Assembly: GCF_030684315.1 (NCBI RefSeq)
Contig: NC_081361.1
Span: 45,925,553-45,989,552, forward strand
Reading direction: 5' to 3'
DNA from: Stegostoma tigrinum
Lineage: Eukaryota
DNA: 64,000 nt
Made by a program: the position numbers and the translations under genes. The notes under the pieces are model-generated. The model ran no database searches and was not told where the DNA came from. It saw nothing but the letters and a program-made list of their open reading frames with translations. Below are positions 10,043-22,210 of this stretch, in pieces. How positions within the stretch are numbered: position 1 is the first letter of the stretch; every line of letters begins with the position of its first letter.

Positions 10043-12710
10043 CACTGTAGGCTATGGTGCCGATCTCTCCTGTCTCTCACACTGTAGACTATGATGCTGA
10101 TCTCTCCTCTCTGTGACACTGTAGACTATGGTGCTGATCTCTCCTGTCTCTCACACTGTAGACTATGGTGGTGATCTCTGCTCTCTGTGACACTGTAGAC
10201 TAAGGTGCTGATCTCTCCTGTCTGTCCCACTGTAGACTATGGTGCTGATCTCACCTATCCGTGACACTGTAGACTATGGTCCTGATCTCTCCTATCTGTG
10301 ACACTGTAGACTAGGGTGCTGATCTCACCTATCCGTGACACTGTAGACTATGGTGCTGATCTCTCCTCTCTGTGACACTGTAGACTATGGTGCTGATCTC
10401 TCCTGTCTGTCCCACTGTAGAATATGGTGCTGATCTCTCCTCTCTGTGACACTGTAGACTAAGGAGCTGATCTCTCCTGCCTGTCCCACTGTAGACTATG
10501 GTGCTGATCTCTCCTGTCTGTGACACTGTAGACTATGGTGCTGATCTCTCCTGTCTGTGACACTGTAGACTATGGTGCTGATCTCTCCTGTCTGTCCCAC
10601 TGTAGACTATGGTGCTGATCTCTCCTCTCTGTGACACTGTAGACTAAGGAGCTGATCTCTCCTGTCTGTCCCACTGTAGACTATGGTGCTGATCTCTCCT
10701 CTCTGTGACACTAGACTATGGTGCTGATCTCTCCTGTCTGTCCCACTGTAGACTGAGGTGCTGACCTCTCCTCTCTGTGACACTGTAGACTATAGTGCTG
10801 GTGTCTCCTCTCTGTCCCACTGTAGACTATGGTGCTGATCTCTGTTCTGTGTGACACTGTAGACTAAGGTGCTGATCTCTCCTGTCTGTCCCACTGTAGA
10901 CTATGGTGTTGATCTGTCCTGTCTCTCACACTGTAGACGATGGTGCTGATCTCTCCTGTCTGTCCCACTGTAGACTAAGGAGCTGATCTCTCCTGCCTGT
11001 CCCACTGTAGACGATGGTGCTGATCTCTCCTCTCTGTGACACTGTAGACGATGGTGCTGATCTCTCCTGTCTGTCCCACTGTAGAATATGGTGCTGATCT
11101 CTCCTCTCTGTGACACTGTAGACTAAGGAGCTGATCTCTCCTGCCTGTCCCACTGTAGACTGTGGTGCTGATCTCTCCTCTCTGTGACACTGTCGACTAT
11201 AGTGCTGATCTCTCCTGTCTGTCCCACTGTAGACTATGGTGCTGATCTCTCCTGTCTGTCCCACTGTAGACTATGGTGCTGATCTCTCCTGCCTGTCCCA
11301 CTGTAGACTATGGTGCTGATCTCCTCTCTCTGTGACACTGTAGACTATGGTGCTGATCTCTCCTCTCTGTGACACTGTCGACTATAGTGCTGATCTCTCC
11401 TGTCTGTCCCACTGTAGACTATGCTGCTGATCTCTCCTGTCTGTCCCACTGTAGACTATGGTGCTGATCTCTCCTGTCTGTCCCACTGTAGACTATGCTG
11501 CTGATCTCTCCTGTCTGTGACACTGTAGACTATGGTGCTGATCTCTCCTGTCTGTCCCACTGTAGACTATAGTGCTGATCTCTCCTCTCTGTGACACTGT
11601 AGACTATGGTGCTGATCTCCTCTCTCTGTGACACTGTAGACTATGGTGCTGATCTCTCCTCTCTGTCCCACTGTAGACTATGGTGCTGATCTCTCCTCTC
11701 TGTGACACTGTAGACTAAGGAGCTGATCTCTCCTGCCTGTCCCACTGTAGACTATGGTGCTGGTCTCTCCTGTCTGTGACACTGTAGACTATGGTGCTGA
11801 TCTCTCCTGTCTGTCCCACTGTAGACTATGCTGCTGATCTCTCCTCTCTGTGACATGGTAGACTATGGTGCTGATCTCTCCTGTCTGTCCCACTGTAGAC
11901 TATGGTGCTGATCTCTCCTGTCTGTGACACTGTAGACTATGGTGCTGATCTCTCCTCTCTGTGACATGGTAGACTATGGTGCTGATCTCCCCTGTCTGTC
12001 CCACTGTAGACTATGCTGCTGATCTCTCCTCTCTGTGACATGGTAGACTATGGTGCTGATCTCTCCTCTCTGTCCCACTGTAGACTATGGTGCTGATCTC
12101 TCCTCTCTGTGACACTGTAGACTAAGGAGCTGATCTCTCCTGCCTGTCCCACTGTAGACTATAGTGCTGATCTCTCCTCTCTGTGACACTGTAGACTATG
12201 GTGCTGATCTCTCCTCTCTGTGTCACTGTAGACTATAGTGCTGATCTCCTCTCTCTGTGACACTGTAGACTATGGTGCTGATCTCTCCTCTCTGTCCCAC
12301 TGTAGACTATGGTGCTGATCTCTCCTCTCTGTGACATGGTAGACTATGGTGCTGATCTCTCCTGTCTGTGACACTGTAGACTATGGTGCTGATCTCTCCT
12401 CTCTGTGACATGGTAGACTATGGTGCTGATCTCTCCTGCCTGTCCCACTGAAGACTATGCTGCTGATCTCCTCTCTCTGTGACACGGTAGACTATGGTGC
12501 TGATCTCTCCTGTCTGTCCCACTGTAGACTATGCTGCTGATCTCTCCTCTCTGTGACATGGTAGACTATGGTGCTGATCTCTCCTGTCTGTCCCACTGTA
12601 GACTATGGTGCTGATCTCTCCTCTCTGTGACACTGTAGACTATGGTGCTGATCTCTCCTGTCTGTCCCACTGTAGACTATGGTCCTGATCTCTCCTGTCT
12701 TCACACTGTA
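10043..12710. repeat. 37-bp minisatellite, ~72 copies
   Basis: Unit cactgtagactatggtgctgatctctcct(g/c)tctgt(cc/ga); period 37 measured (10082 to 10119); degenerate tail to ~12780. Confidence 0.97.
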
Positions 12711-12837
12711 CATTGTCATCATGAGCTCTCCTCTCTGCCATGCTGTTGATACTGGTCCTGATCTTTCTGCTCTGTAGGCTCAGGTCCTGCAGGAGTTTTT
12801 GCAGGAAGCTGAAGCAAGTGGCTGTGATCCTTGACAA

Positions 12838-14640
12838 GGAGGTTTTGGAGGGAGTACAGATATGATTTACTAGGATGTTGCCTGATCTGAATGGTATTAG
12901 GCTCAATAAGATATTGGACAAACTTGGTTTGCTTTCACTTGAATGTCAAAAGATGAGGGGGTGACCTGATAGAAGTTTACAAAATTATGAGGGCATGGAT
13001 AGACAGGATAATCAAAGTTATTTTCCCAGGGTAGAAATATTCAGAAAGGTGTGGTGGTTGGTGTGTCTCGGGAAGGGTTTGTCGATATTCTGGGGTATGT
13101 AATTGTAAAAAAGGAGGAGGTTTCAGTGTTTTAAAAAGCATTAGGGTAGACAAGTCCCCAGGACCTGATAGGGATCAATCCCAGAATGCTGAGGGAACCA
13201 GGTGATGAAATTGCTGGGGCATTGTACAAAAGCTTTCTATCCTTCTTAGACATAGGAGAGGTCCCAGAGGACTAGAGAGTAACCAGCATTTTTCCATTGT
13301 TTAAGAAGGGCAACAGGGACAGTCCAGGTAATTACAGGCCAGTGAGCCTTACGTCAGCGGCAGGGAAGTTATTGGGGAAAATTCTTAGGGAAAGGTTTTA
13401 CTCAGATTTGGAGAGATATGAACTTACTAGCGATAGTGTGGCTTTGTGTGGGGAAGGCAGTGTCTGACAAACCTGATTGAGTTTTTAGAGGGAGGGACAA
13501 AGATGATTGATGAGGGTAGGGCAGTAGATGTTATCTACATGGACTTTAGCAAGGCCTTTGTCAAGGTCCTTCATGGCAAGATGATATAGTCATAGAAGAC
13601 AGAGTGGTGGTGGAAGGGTGTTTTTTGGATTGGAGATCTGTGACCAGTGGCGCTTCACAGGGATTCCATGCTGGGACACTTGTTATTTGAAAGACGTGGT
13701 GAGTTGCATACGGTAAGAGGGTTTGCCTGATGATACAGCAGGATATAGATAGACTGGAGACTTGGACGGAGAAATGCCAGATGGAGTTTAATCTGGACAA
13801 ACGCATGCTGACGCATTTTGGATGATCAAATGCAGGAGAATAGCATAAAGTTCATGGCAGAACTTTTTGTAGCATCAACATACGGAGGGACCTAGATGTA
13901 CAGGTCTTCAGTTGGCTGAAAGTGGCAACACAAGTGGATAAGATGATCAAGAAGGCATAAGGCATACTTGCCTTCATCGGTCAGAGCATTGAGTATAAAT
14001 ATTGGCAAGTCACATTCCAGCAGTCCAGAACTTTAGATAATAAAATGTGAGGCTGGATGAACACAGCAGGCCCAGCAGCATCTCAGGAGCACAGAACTTT
14101 AGTTTGGCCACATTTGGAATATTATGTACAATTCTGGTCACGACACGAACAGAAGGATGTGGAGGTTTTGAAGAGGGTACAGATATAATTTACCGGATGT
14201 TGCCTGATCTGAATGGTATTAGGCTGAATAAGATATTGGACAAAGTTGGTTTGCTTTCAGTTGAATGTCAAAAGATGAGGGGGTGACAAGATAGAAGTTT
14301 ACAAAATTATGAGAGCATGGATAGAGAGGATAATCAGAGTTATTTTCCCAGGATAAAAATGTCAATTACTAGGGACATAGGTTTAAGGTAAAAGAGAGTA
14401 AGTTTAAGAAAATGTGAGAGGCAAGATTTTACGCAGAGGGTGGTAAGTGCCTGAAATTTGCTGCCAGAGGAGGTGGTGAAAGCAGATACAATAGCAATGT
14501 TTAAGCAACATCTTGATAGATGTATGTCTAAAGCCGGAACTCAAGGTATATGGACCATTTAGAAGCAAAAGGTTTCTAGTTTAGAAGAGCATCATATGTC
14601 AGCACAATCATGGTATGCTGAAGGGTCTTTTCCTGTGCTA
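12838..14640 (+). mobile_element. Degenerate CR1 LINE (RT region to 3' tail) with a duplicated 3' segment and a 55-bp PLE insert
   Basis: KSPGPD, GNYRPVSLTS, VIYMDFSKAF-like motifs; 12838-13038 duplicates 14161-14360; insert 14037-14091 flanked by cagaactttag. Confidence 0.85.
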
Positions 14641-15142
14641 TACTGTTCTTTGTATCATTGTTCTTTGTTCATGTTTTCAATCCCCACTGATAATTACTGA
14701 CCTACAATCCCCAAACGCACATCACAGTGCCCTCTTTACAATCTTCACTCTAAAGAGCTTGAACATTTGCAATTTAACTGGATTGTGTTATTCTACATAT
14801 CTATTACTCTGAAGGAAAACATCTTCCTTTGACCTTCACTCTTGGATCCGATCTGGTTGTTTTCCTCCCATTTACTTCAGTTTGTTAATTTAAAAAACTT
14901 GCTAACATCTAATGCAGCCAAACCTCAACAACTAACTTTCTTGCTAATTACAAACTGGCATTCTGTCAATTTTCTACCACCTGATTATCCAAACAGCGTG
15001 GAAGCTTTCCTGTTGATAATTTCAGTGAAAAAAGATTGATACAACTGCAAAATAAGATTTCTGTTATTTCTTAGTTAATTAACAGGAAGCATCTCACTCT
15101 CAACGGTCCTTGTTAATTGGCATTATCCTTTTGTTCCAGAGA

Positions 15143-15406
15143 ATGTCCAAGATTGTGACTGTTTTTGGTGCTGACAAGTGTCAAGGGAAAGCTGTAGCCA
15201 CCGCCTTGCTCCAAGATGGTGATTTCACAGTGCGGGCTGTAGTTCAAGAGTTAAACTCTCCCACCGCTCAGGAACTGCACACAGCAGGGGCACACCCATT
15301 ACTTGTAGACTTCAACAATCCTGACAGCATCAGCGCCACTTTGTGTGGTGCACACAAGTGCTTTGTCATCACCCATACAGATTTCAACAACAAGGATCCT
15401 CTGAGG
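15143..15406 (+). CDS. NmrA-like family (NMRAL1/HSCARG-like) protein, coding exon 1
   Basis: ccag|agaATG; MSKIVTVFGADKCQGKAVATALLQDGDFTVRAVV...FNNKDPLR|gttagt, resembling NMRAL1 [31 protein letters not shown]; 88 codons. Confidence 0.88.
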
Positions 15407-15439
15407 GTTAGTCATGTTATTACAGTACTTTCAAGTAAG

Positions 15440-15660
15440 AGGTCATGGTCTATTGGTATTATCTAGTAATCCAGAGACCTAACTATCATTCTGGTGAGCT
15501 GGGTTCAAATCCTGCCACAGCATATGATGCAAATTGAATTGCGCCGATTGCAATTCAATGGAAATCTGGAATTCCTGACTATTAAGGGAAAAACTCACCT
15601 CAGTCACAAATGTCCTTTATGGAAGGGAGCTGCTGGCCTGGTCTACATCTGACTCCAGAC
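15440..15660 (+). mobile_element. tRNA-derived SINE (family sharing ends with the CR1/Jockey-type LINE)
   Basis: tagtaatccagag...gggttcaaatcc (B box)...ggcctggtctacatctgactccagac. Confidence 0.6.
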
Positions 15661-15889
15661 TGGGTAATTACTGATGGTCGATATAATTACAAACATCTAA
15701 GTGTAACCAAAATAAATTATTTCATGTGCTGGAGATTGAAAATAAACCAGGACTGGACCTCCTGAGTTTCACCAGCACTTTTGGTCTTGTTAAACATCAA
15801 AATGTAATTGCTTCCACAGCTAGAGATGATATTAACTACATATACAGAAAGATATTTGTGCTTATACTGCTGAGGGGGGAGCTGTACTT

Positions 15890-16570
15890 TCTTTTATTCA
15901 TTTGTGGGACGTGGGTGTCGCTGGCTGGCCAGCATTTCTTGCCCATCCCTAGTTGCCCTTGAGAAGGTGGTGTTGAGCTGCCTTCTTGAACCGCTGCAGT
16001 CCTCCTGCTGTGGGTTAACCCACAATGCTATTGGAGAGGGAATTCTAGGATTTTGACCCAGTGACATTAATGGAACAGTGATATATTTCCAAGTCAAGAT
16101 GGTGAGTGACTTGGAGGGGAACTTGGAGGTGGTGCTGTTCCCATATACCTGCTGCCCTTGTCCTTTTTGATGGAAGTGGTCATGGGTTTGGAAGGTGCTG
16201 TCTAAGGATCTTTGGTGAATTTCTGCAGTGCAACTTGTAGATAGTACACACTGCAGGTAGTGACCGTTGGTGGTGGAGGGAGTGAATGTTTGTGGGTGTA
16301 GCACCAATCAAGCAGGCTGCTTTGTCCTGGATGGTGTCAAGCTTCTTGTGTTGTTGAGGCTGCACTCACCCAGGCAAGGAGGGAGTATTCCATCACACTC
16401 CTGACTTGTGGCTTGTAGTGGACAGGATTTGAGGAGTCAGGAAGTGAGTTACTTGCCGCAGTATTCCCAACTTCTGTCCTGTGGATCCAGTTGAGTTTCT
16501 AGTCATAGTAACACCCAGGATGTTGACAGTTGGGTATTCAGCGATGGTAACACCATTGAATGTCAAGAGG
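15890..16570 (-). mobile_element. CR1/Jockey-superfamily LINE 3' fragment
   Basis: LDTIQDKAACLIG..NIHSLHHQRS..AVCTIYK motif and tail matching 5675-6105. Confidence 0.8.
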
Positions 16571-16985
16571 AAGTAGTACCAAGTGACTTTTTCATAAAAT
16601 GATTGCATAACAGGCAAATATAATCCTTGCACCTCCAGCTTGGCTCTGCACTCCTCTCCAATTATGTAAAAATTTTTTGTCACTTGAATAAAACCTGTTT
16701 CAAGGCTATATAATCCTGTGTTTGCCAGAAAGAAAATAGTGGACGGTTTACAGTAGGCAGATTTTATGAATTGCCATGAGATTAGTGCTGACTTGCGTGA
16801 TCATTTCTAATACTGTTAATACCTGTTCAACACTTCATCAGTCTACTGTGCAGTTTGTATCAGAAGTCACCAGAGCTAGTCCAGCACAGTTGATGGGGTA
16901 AGTCCATTGGAGGAAGTAGAAAGATAATCTGATGGTTTACTATTTAAGAACAATTGCCTTATCACAACATTTCTTTCTTCTATAG

Positions 16986-17241
16986 GCTGAAATTCAGCAG
17001 GGCCACAGGATAGCTGACATGTGTAAGCGGCACGACATCAGACAGATTGTGCTTAGTGGAGCTCATCATGTTCACAGGAAATACAGTCTCCCAGCAAGAC
17101 ACATGGATGCAAAGGCCTGCATCAATGATTACATGAATGAAATTGGTTTGCCCAAGACTGAGATTATAGTTCCATTTTACTTTGAAAGTTTTCTGACAAC
17201 ATTCAAACCAAATCCAGTCGGAAAGAACAGTTATAAAATTG
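16986..17241 (+). CDS. NmrA-like protein, coding exon 2
   Basis: tatag|GCT...ATTG|gtaagg; AEIQQGHRIADMCKRHDIRQIVLSG...ARHMDAKACINDY...PFYFESFL (NMRAL1 EVKQGKLLAD...AHFDGKGEVEEY...PCYFENLL); 256 nt. Confidence 0.88.
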
Positions 17242-18269
17242 GTAAGGATTGAATTTCAGTTTTAGTGAAATGCAAGAATACCTTCTACAAACTTTAGGGG
17301 TGAAAGTTCGAAAGAATCCATCAAAGATTCCTCAAAGATGTTGAGAATCTAGAACAGGGGCTTATAGATTAAAAATGAAGGGGTGTCCATTTTAAACAAA
17401 CATGGTGAAATCTTTTCTTCCGTCAGAAAGTTGACTCTTTGGAATTCCGCTCCACAAAAGGCCAAGTGGCCTACTCTTGTTCCTTGTGTATATGTTTGTA
17501 TGATCATTCATAACAATGGCTGAGTGAGCTGATCTCCCACTGAGTGAGTAGACAGGGAAATGTGCCCCCATCAGCCATGCTGAGAACCCTCACATGTCCC
17601 GTCAAAAAAGCATGGTGTCTGAACAGAGTCATGACCCACACATTTTCACATTCAGTGTACCAGCTTGAGCGTGTGAGATACGTGAGATGATCAGTAAAGA
17701 AGCAATTTAGAATAGTGAGGTTCCATAAGACCTCTCTAACACTTTTTATAAAGGGGTGGATTTAAAATTGGTCTGGTAAATGGCACCTTGCATTCACGAT
17801 CACTGAGATACATTAACAGAATTATAATATTGCCCCTCACTTTGGCGTGTGAATGGGAATCAGAGTGGTTATTTATGTGGTAATGACTGTATGCTGTAGA
17901 ACCAGTCACAGGTTGTTTGTGGTTGGGGTACAGTGTTGTCACCAATACTCCTTTATATGCTTTTAAAAAATCCCAGTCATTTCATGCTGGTGATTCATGA
18001 GTCTAAAATGAATAGTTATTTTAATCGGCCTGTGTGGACATGTTATGACACATATCCACGGCCGATGGGATTTGAACTCAAATGTAGGTCACTACCACTG
18101 CAGCACAAGACCTAAATCAATTCTGAGTCTAAGGGCCTATCTGTTTAGCAGTGCTAGAGGCATTTATCTTACTAAGAAAGATGTAGTTTATTGCATGATA
18201 TTAACAGATACAAATTACACTGACTAGTTATCTGTAATGACAAAGACTATCAGGAGCCAGAAATGACAT

Positions 18270-18490
18270 AAAAACTGAAAGAATTGTGGATGCTGTAAAT
18301 CAGGAACAAAAACAGAAGTTGCTGGAAAAGCTCAGCAGGCCTGGCAACATCTGTGAAGAAAAAGTCAGAGTTAACGTTTTGGGTCCTCAGTTCTGCAGAA
18401 GGGTCACCAGACCCGAAACATTAATTCTGACTTTTTTCTTCAACAGATGCTGCCTGACCTCTTGAGTTTTTCCAGCAACTTGTTTGTGTA
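18270..18490. mobile_element. ~220-bp palindromic mini-element with a central hammerhead-like motif
   Basis: Long inverted arms; centre agtt-CTGCAGA-a-GGGTC(acca)GACCC-GAAA-c-ATT-aatt (18389-18426); perfect TSD ccagaaatgacat (18257-18269 / 18491-18503). Confidence 0.8.
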
Positions 18491-18869
18491 CCAGAAATGA
18501 CATGTCTGTTTCTCTCAAGGCCTTATGGTAGATTACTTTTGTCTCTGTCTCTGTGTCATTAGATTGGTTGGTGTTTGTTGCAGCTTCAACATGAATTCTT
18601 CCAGATTCCTAACCTTGGACAACAGTAACTATTGTATATTCTGGAAGCCTACTGTGTTTTGTGTTTTCACAAATTATATATTGTTGGTTACTTATCGCAC
18701 AAACAAAATAGCTGATGTAGCGGATAGTCGTGACTTGATGAAAAAGGAAAGCAGTGGATCACAGAACTCTTGCCGTTGATGGAATATAGACTGATTCGTG
18801 GAATGGCAAATTTCATGGGATGGCAAGTTTTTCCTAGCAGGAGACATTAGGTTTACCGATGCGTAATTT

Positions 18870-19270
18870 CTGGAATTTATAGGGGATCTAAATGAAACAT
18901 AAACATTTATAACAGGGCTGGACAGAATGGATGCAGAGATGATGTTTCCCCTGGTCACAAGTCCTGAACAAGGGGTCATGGTCTCAGATGCGCAATGTGC
19001 TATGTCAGACTGAAATAATGAAAAATGGCTTGACTCAGAGAGTGATAAACTGCAAAATTCTCTATCACAGAAGGCTGTGAAGATTATGTCACTGAATATT
19101 TTCTAAGAAGGAAACAGGTACATTCTTAAACTAACAGTAGGTGTCAAGGGGTAGAGGAGAGAGCTGGAATATGCTATTGAGATAAAGGATCATCCATGAT
19201 CATGTTGAATGGCAGAGTAGGTGTGGTGGGCAAAATGGCTTACTGCTAGTCCTATTTACTATGTTTCTGT
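18870..19270 (+). mobile_element. Old CR1 3' fragment
   Basis: Degenerate RGDL.ETYK region and CR1 3' tail. Confidence 0.65.
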
Positions 19271-19826
19271 GAATTTAGATGGTTGTTGCTTGGTTTGCAA
19301 AAGAGGAAATGGCCTCTATCCTTCTCTCCAGTGTGCATCGGTTTGAGCAGTGAAATTCTGACACATTCTCTTGGTATGATGACAAAAATGCTGCTCCATA
19401 AATTCAGTCTGTAATTGGAAGCTGACTATTCAATGGAGCATTGAGAACCCAGTGTCCCTGGTCAATACTCATCCCTCACCCAAACAAAATGGATTAACTT
19501 GTGCTTCTGCTGTTAGTGGGCTGTTTCCAGGAACAAACTGAATTTGGCTTCAAAGCAACAGTGAGTATGCTTCACAAATAGTAACAAAGTGTTTTGGGAT
19601 GTTCTAGGAAGTGAAACATGCTGTATAAGTGCCCATTGTTCCTTTTTTCTTGGTACACAGTTGAAGAAAAGATAGTCATTAAGATCTAAGCAGCATGTTT
19701 ACCCTCTATAATGAGTATATAAACTTTGTAAACTGCCAAAGCATTCAGTTTTGTTCTAACCAGGTGAAAATCCTCCAGAAGCTGATATTGTTTTACCTTT
19801 TAGAACTTTTCTGTTGTTGTTTACAG

Positions 19827-20020
19827 CCATTCCAATGGGAGAAGCAGCCATGGATGGAATAAGTATCAACCAGATTGGTCCGATTGTAACGACCTTATTT
19901 AAAGACCCAGAGCGCTGGATAGGAAAGAGCTGCTTTCTGTCAGCAGGCAGGCTGAAAATCCAGGAGTATGCACAAATCCTCACCCATCACCTACATCCTA
20001 AACAGTTTAAAGATTCCCGG
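19827..20020 (+). CDS. NmrA-like protein, coding exon 3
   Basis: ttacag|CC...CGG|gtatgg; (A)IPMGEAAMDGISINQIGPIVTTLFKDPERWIGK...QEYAQIL (NMRAL1 [32 protein letters not shown]); 194 nt, restores phase. Confidence 0.9.
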
Positions 20021-20335
20021 GTATGGCCATCTTAAAAACACACTGTCATTGTTTAGATGGTTCTCATAAGCAGCTTGTGGATGAAAATGAAATGGAGGAA
20101 TTGTTGAGCAGCATTGTGCCATGGGTCAGCATGCTATCATTTTACTTAGGGACTTTGATTAGAAATCTAGACAAAACATAGGGTCCTCCACATTGGCTGC
20201 AAAGATCCAAAGTGAAATAAATTTGACAAAGCTTTTTGCCTTGGATGTTAATTTTTGGCAAAGAACATCTGTCAATCAGACATCAGATCACACGGAGAGT
20301 TAGTGTGAAAATGAAAACATCATACTGGTGCACCA

Positions 20336-22210
20336 AATACAGTAGGAACTGCCGATGCTGGAGAATCTGAGATAACAAGGTGTAGATGAACACAGCAGGC
20401 CAAGCAGCATCAGAGGAGCAGGAAAGCTGACATTTTGGGCCTAGACTCTTCTTCAGAAATGGGGGAGGGGAAGGGGAGGGGGATTCTGAAATAAATAGGG
20501 AGAGAGGGGGAGGTGGATAGAAGATGGATAAAGGAGAAGATAGCTAGAGAGGAGACAGACAAGTCGAAGAGGTGGGGTTGGAGCCAGTAAAGGTGAATGT
20601 AGGTGGGGAGGTAGGGAGGGGATAGGTTGGTCCAGGGAGGACGGACAGGTCAAGGAGGTGGGATGAAGTTAGTGGGTGGGAGATGGGGTTGGGGCTTGAG
20701 GTGGGAGGAATGGTTAGGGAGATGGAGACGAGTTGGGATGGTATTGGGATGCAGTCGGGAGAGAGGGCATTTTGAAGCTTGTGAAGTCCACATTGATACC
20801 CTTGGGCTGCAGGGTTCCCAAGCGAAATATGAGTTGCTGTTCCTGCAGCTTTCGGGTGGCATCATTGTGGCAATGCAGGAGGCCCAGGATAGACATGTCA
20901 TCCAAGGAGTGGGAGGGGGAGTTGAAATGGTTCACGACTGGGAGGTGTAGTTGTTTGTTGCAAACTGAGTGTAAGTGTTCCACAATGCGGTCCCCAAGCC
21001 TCTGCTAAGTTTCCCCAATGTAGAGGTGGCCACAACAGGAACAGCGGATACAATATACCGCATTAGATGTGCAGGTGAATGTGCATATGATGTGGAAGAT
21101 CTTCTTGGGGCTTAGGATGCGGGTGAGGGGTGAGATTTAGGGGCAGGTGTAGCACTTCCTGCTGTTGCAGGGAAAAGTGCCGGGGGTGGTGGGGCTGGAG
21201 GGGAGTGTGGGACGGACAAGGGAGTCACGGAGAGAGTGGTCCCTCCGGAAAGCAGACAAGGGTGGGGAGGGAAAATGTCTTTGGTAGTGGGGTCAGATTG
21301 CAGATGGTGGAAGTGTCAGAGGATGATGCGTTGGATCTGGAGGTTGGTGGGGTGGTACGTGAGGACGAGGGGAGTTCTGTTCTGGTTGTTATTGCGGGTA
21401 GGGGGAGAGAGGGATGAGTTGCGGGAAATGCGAGAACACGGTCGAGGGCATTTTCGACCGCTGTGGATGGTAAGTTGCGGTCCTTGAAAAACGAGGACAT
21501 CTGGGATGACTGGGAGTGGCATGCCTCATCTCTGGAGCAAATGCGGTGGAGGCAAAGGAATTGGGAATAGGAGGTGGCCTTTTTGCAGGATTTTCCCACT
21601 TTGTGGAACACCTACACTCGGTTCACAACAATCACCTGCACCTCCTAACTGTGAACCATTTCAACTCCCCCTCCCACTCCTTGAAACACTTGTCCATCCT
21701 GGGCCTCCTGCAGTGCCACAATGATGCCACCCAAAGGCTGCAGGAACAGCACCTCATATTTCGCTTGGGAACCCTGCAGCCTAAGGGTATCAATGTGGAC
21801 TTCACAAGCTTCAAAATCTCCCCTTCCCCGACCGCATCCCAAAACCAGACCAGCTTGTCCCCGCCTCCCTAACCATTCCTCCCACCTCAAGCCCCACCCC
21901 CATCTCCTACCCACCAGCCACATCCCGCCTCCTTGACCTGTCCGTCCTCCCTGGACCAACCTTTCCCCTCCCTACCACCCCACCTACACTCACCTTTACT
22001 GGCTCCATCCTGGCGTCTTTGACCTGTCTGTCTCCTCTCCACCTATCTGCTCCTTTATCCGCCTTCTATCCACCTCCCCCTCTCTCCCTATTTATTTCAG
22101 AATCCCCTTCCCCTCCCCCATTTCTGAAGAAGGGTCTCGAGCAGAAACATCAGCTTTCCTGCTCCTCTGTCGCTGCTTGGTCTGCTCTGTTCATCCAGCT
22201 CTACACTTTG
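20336..22210. mobile_element. Penelope-like element with inverted (back-to-back) structure
   Basis: Left ~20340-21590 is - strand RT C-terminus/GIY-YIG/pLTR; right ~21590-22210 is an inverted copy; perfect 16-bp TSD tcatactggtgcacca (20320-20335 / 22211-22226). Confidence 0.9.

Noticed and set aside
10329-11264. Repetitive ORFs (…GEISTIVYSG…RRDQHH…)
   Set aside because: By-products of a 37-nt period cycling through frames; no splice or homology support
10043-12710. CRISPR-like array of ~37-bp repeats
   Set aside because: Units are head-to-tail with no unique spacers, there are no cas genes, and the context is vertebrate; it is a minisatellite
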